A stretch of DNA of 64,000 nt from NCBI GenBank assembly GCA_964393205.1, contig CAYMSV010000001.1, forward strand, positions 5,841 through 69,840. Reading direction: 5' to 3'. The stretch's first letter is position 1, and each line of letters starts with the position of its first letter. Source of the DNA: an uncultured Pseudomonadales bacterium. GTDB taxonomy: Bacteria; Patescibacteriota; Microgenomatia; UBA1400; PJMF01. Below are positions 63,851 to 64,000 of the stretch, piece after piece. The translations under genes and the position numbers were made by a program. Below the pieces are notes generated by a model that was not told the DNA's origin, made no database searches, and saw only the letters and a list, made by a program, of their open reading frames with translations.

Positions 63851-64000
63851 GTAATTTAGATTGATGTATCAATCTAAATTTAAACAATGAGAGTGGGGAA
63901 GAGCTATAAAATTTTTCTTGTTTTAACTATTTTTTAAAGACTGATTAAAGATGCATGCTCCGTATATTTTTTGATTAATTTAGCAATCTTAAAATGTTTT

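Noticed and set aside
1-64000. Mobile elements (IS transposase, integrase, phage genes), rRNA, tmRNA, RNase P RNA
   Set aside because: I found no transposase or integrase motifs (DDE, tyrosine-recombinase R..HxxR..Y) and no rRNA-like GC-rich blocks in any frame. The only tRNAs are Ala(CGC) and Leu(CAA).

Overview
This 64-kb window is an AT-rich bacterial chromosome segment (about 32-36% GC by rough counts over sampled 60-120-nt stretches). It is gene-dense on both strands and mostly housekeeping. Recognisable genes: def-fmt, rpmB, a large O-antigen-ligase/TPR membrane protein, mreC-mreD-pbp2, dprA, topA, nadD, a thymidylate/dNTP cluster (RfaE-II-like nucleotidyltransferase, dCMP-deaminase-domain protein, HD and Cof hydrolases, GalT-like HIT protein, thyA, CofE-like ligase, DHFR-family protein, dut, tmk, recR), hpf, cysS, radC, tgt, a PspC-domain protein, ychF, rpsF-ssb-rpsR (rpsR is missing from the ORF track), ctpA, hisS-rpmE-prfA, tRNA-Ala(CGC), dnaB, tRNA-Leu(CAA), lgt, rluD-like, a phosphoribosyltransferase, rpsB-tsf and yebC. 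Several signs point to a reduced-genome organism (inference, possibly Patescibacteria-like): a 154-aa EF-Ts, a YebC lacking its middle domain, Lys-rich tails on S2 and TopA, and many leaderless TGnTAYAAT promoters. The first 7.6 kb looks like an accessory island; its part from about 4.8 to 7.6 kb has somewhat higher GC (about 42% versus about 32% in flanks). The island holds an orphan type I hsdR, a DUF45 hydrolase, an unknown gene, a membrane-protein/XRE/HEAT cassette framed by 22-bp direct repeats and perfect palindromes, and a DUF2779 PD-(D/E)XK nuclease-like gene. The most notable finding is a complete ribosome-mediated attenuator directly upstream of hisS on the minus strand. It has a near-consensus leaderless promoter, a 16-codon leader peptide ending in four consecutive His codons, and mutually exclusive antiterminator/terminator hairpins. 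Other points worth a second look: an ECF sigma/polytopic-membrane/S2P module with a coding 21-bp tandem repeat, a CofE-like ligase translationally coupled to the DHFR-family gene beside thyA, a 19-bp tandem operator-like repeat, a GC-rich palindromic segment inside a small ORF, and candidate structured leaders before rpsF, rpsB and the PRT gene. No CRISPR array, IS element, integrase or rRNA was seen.
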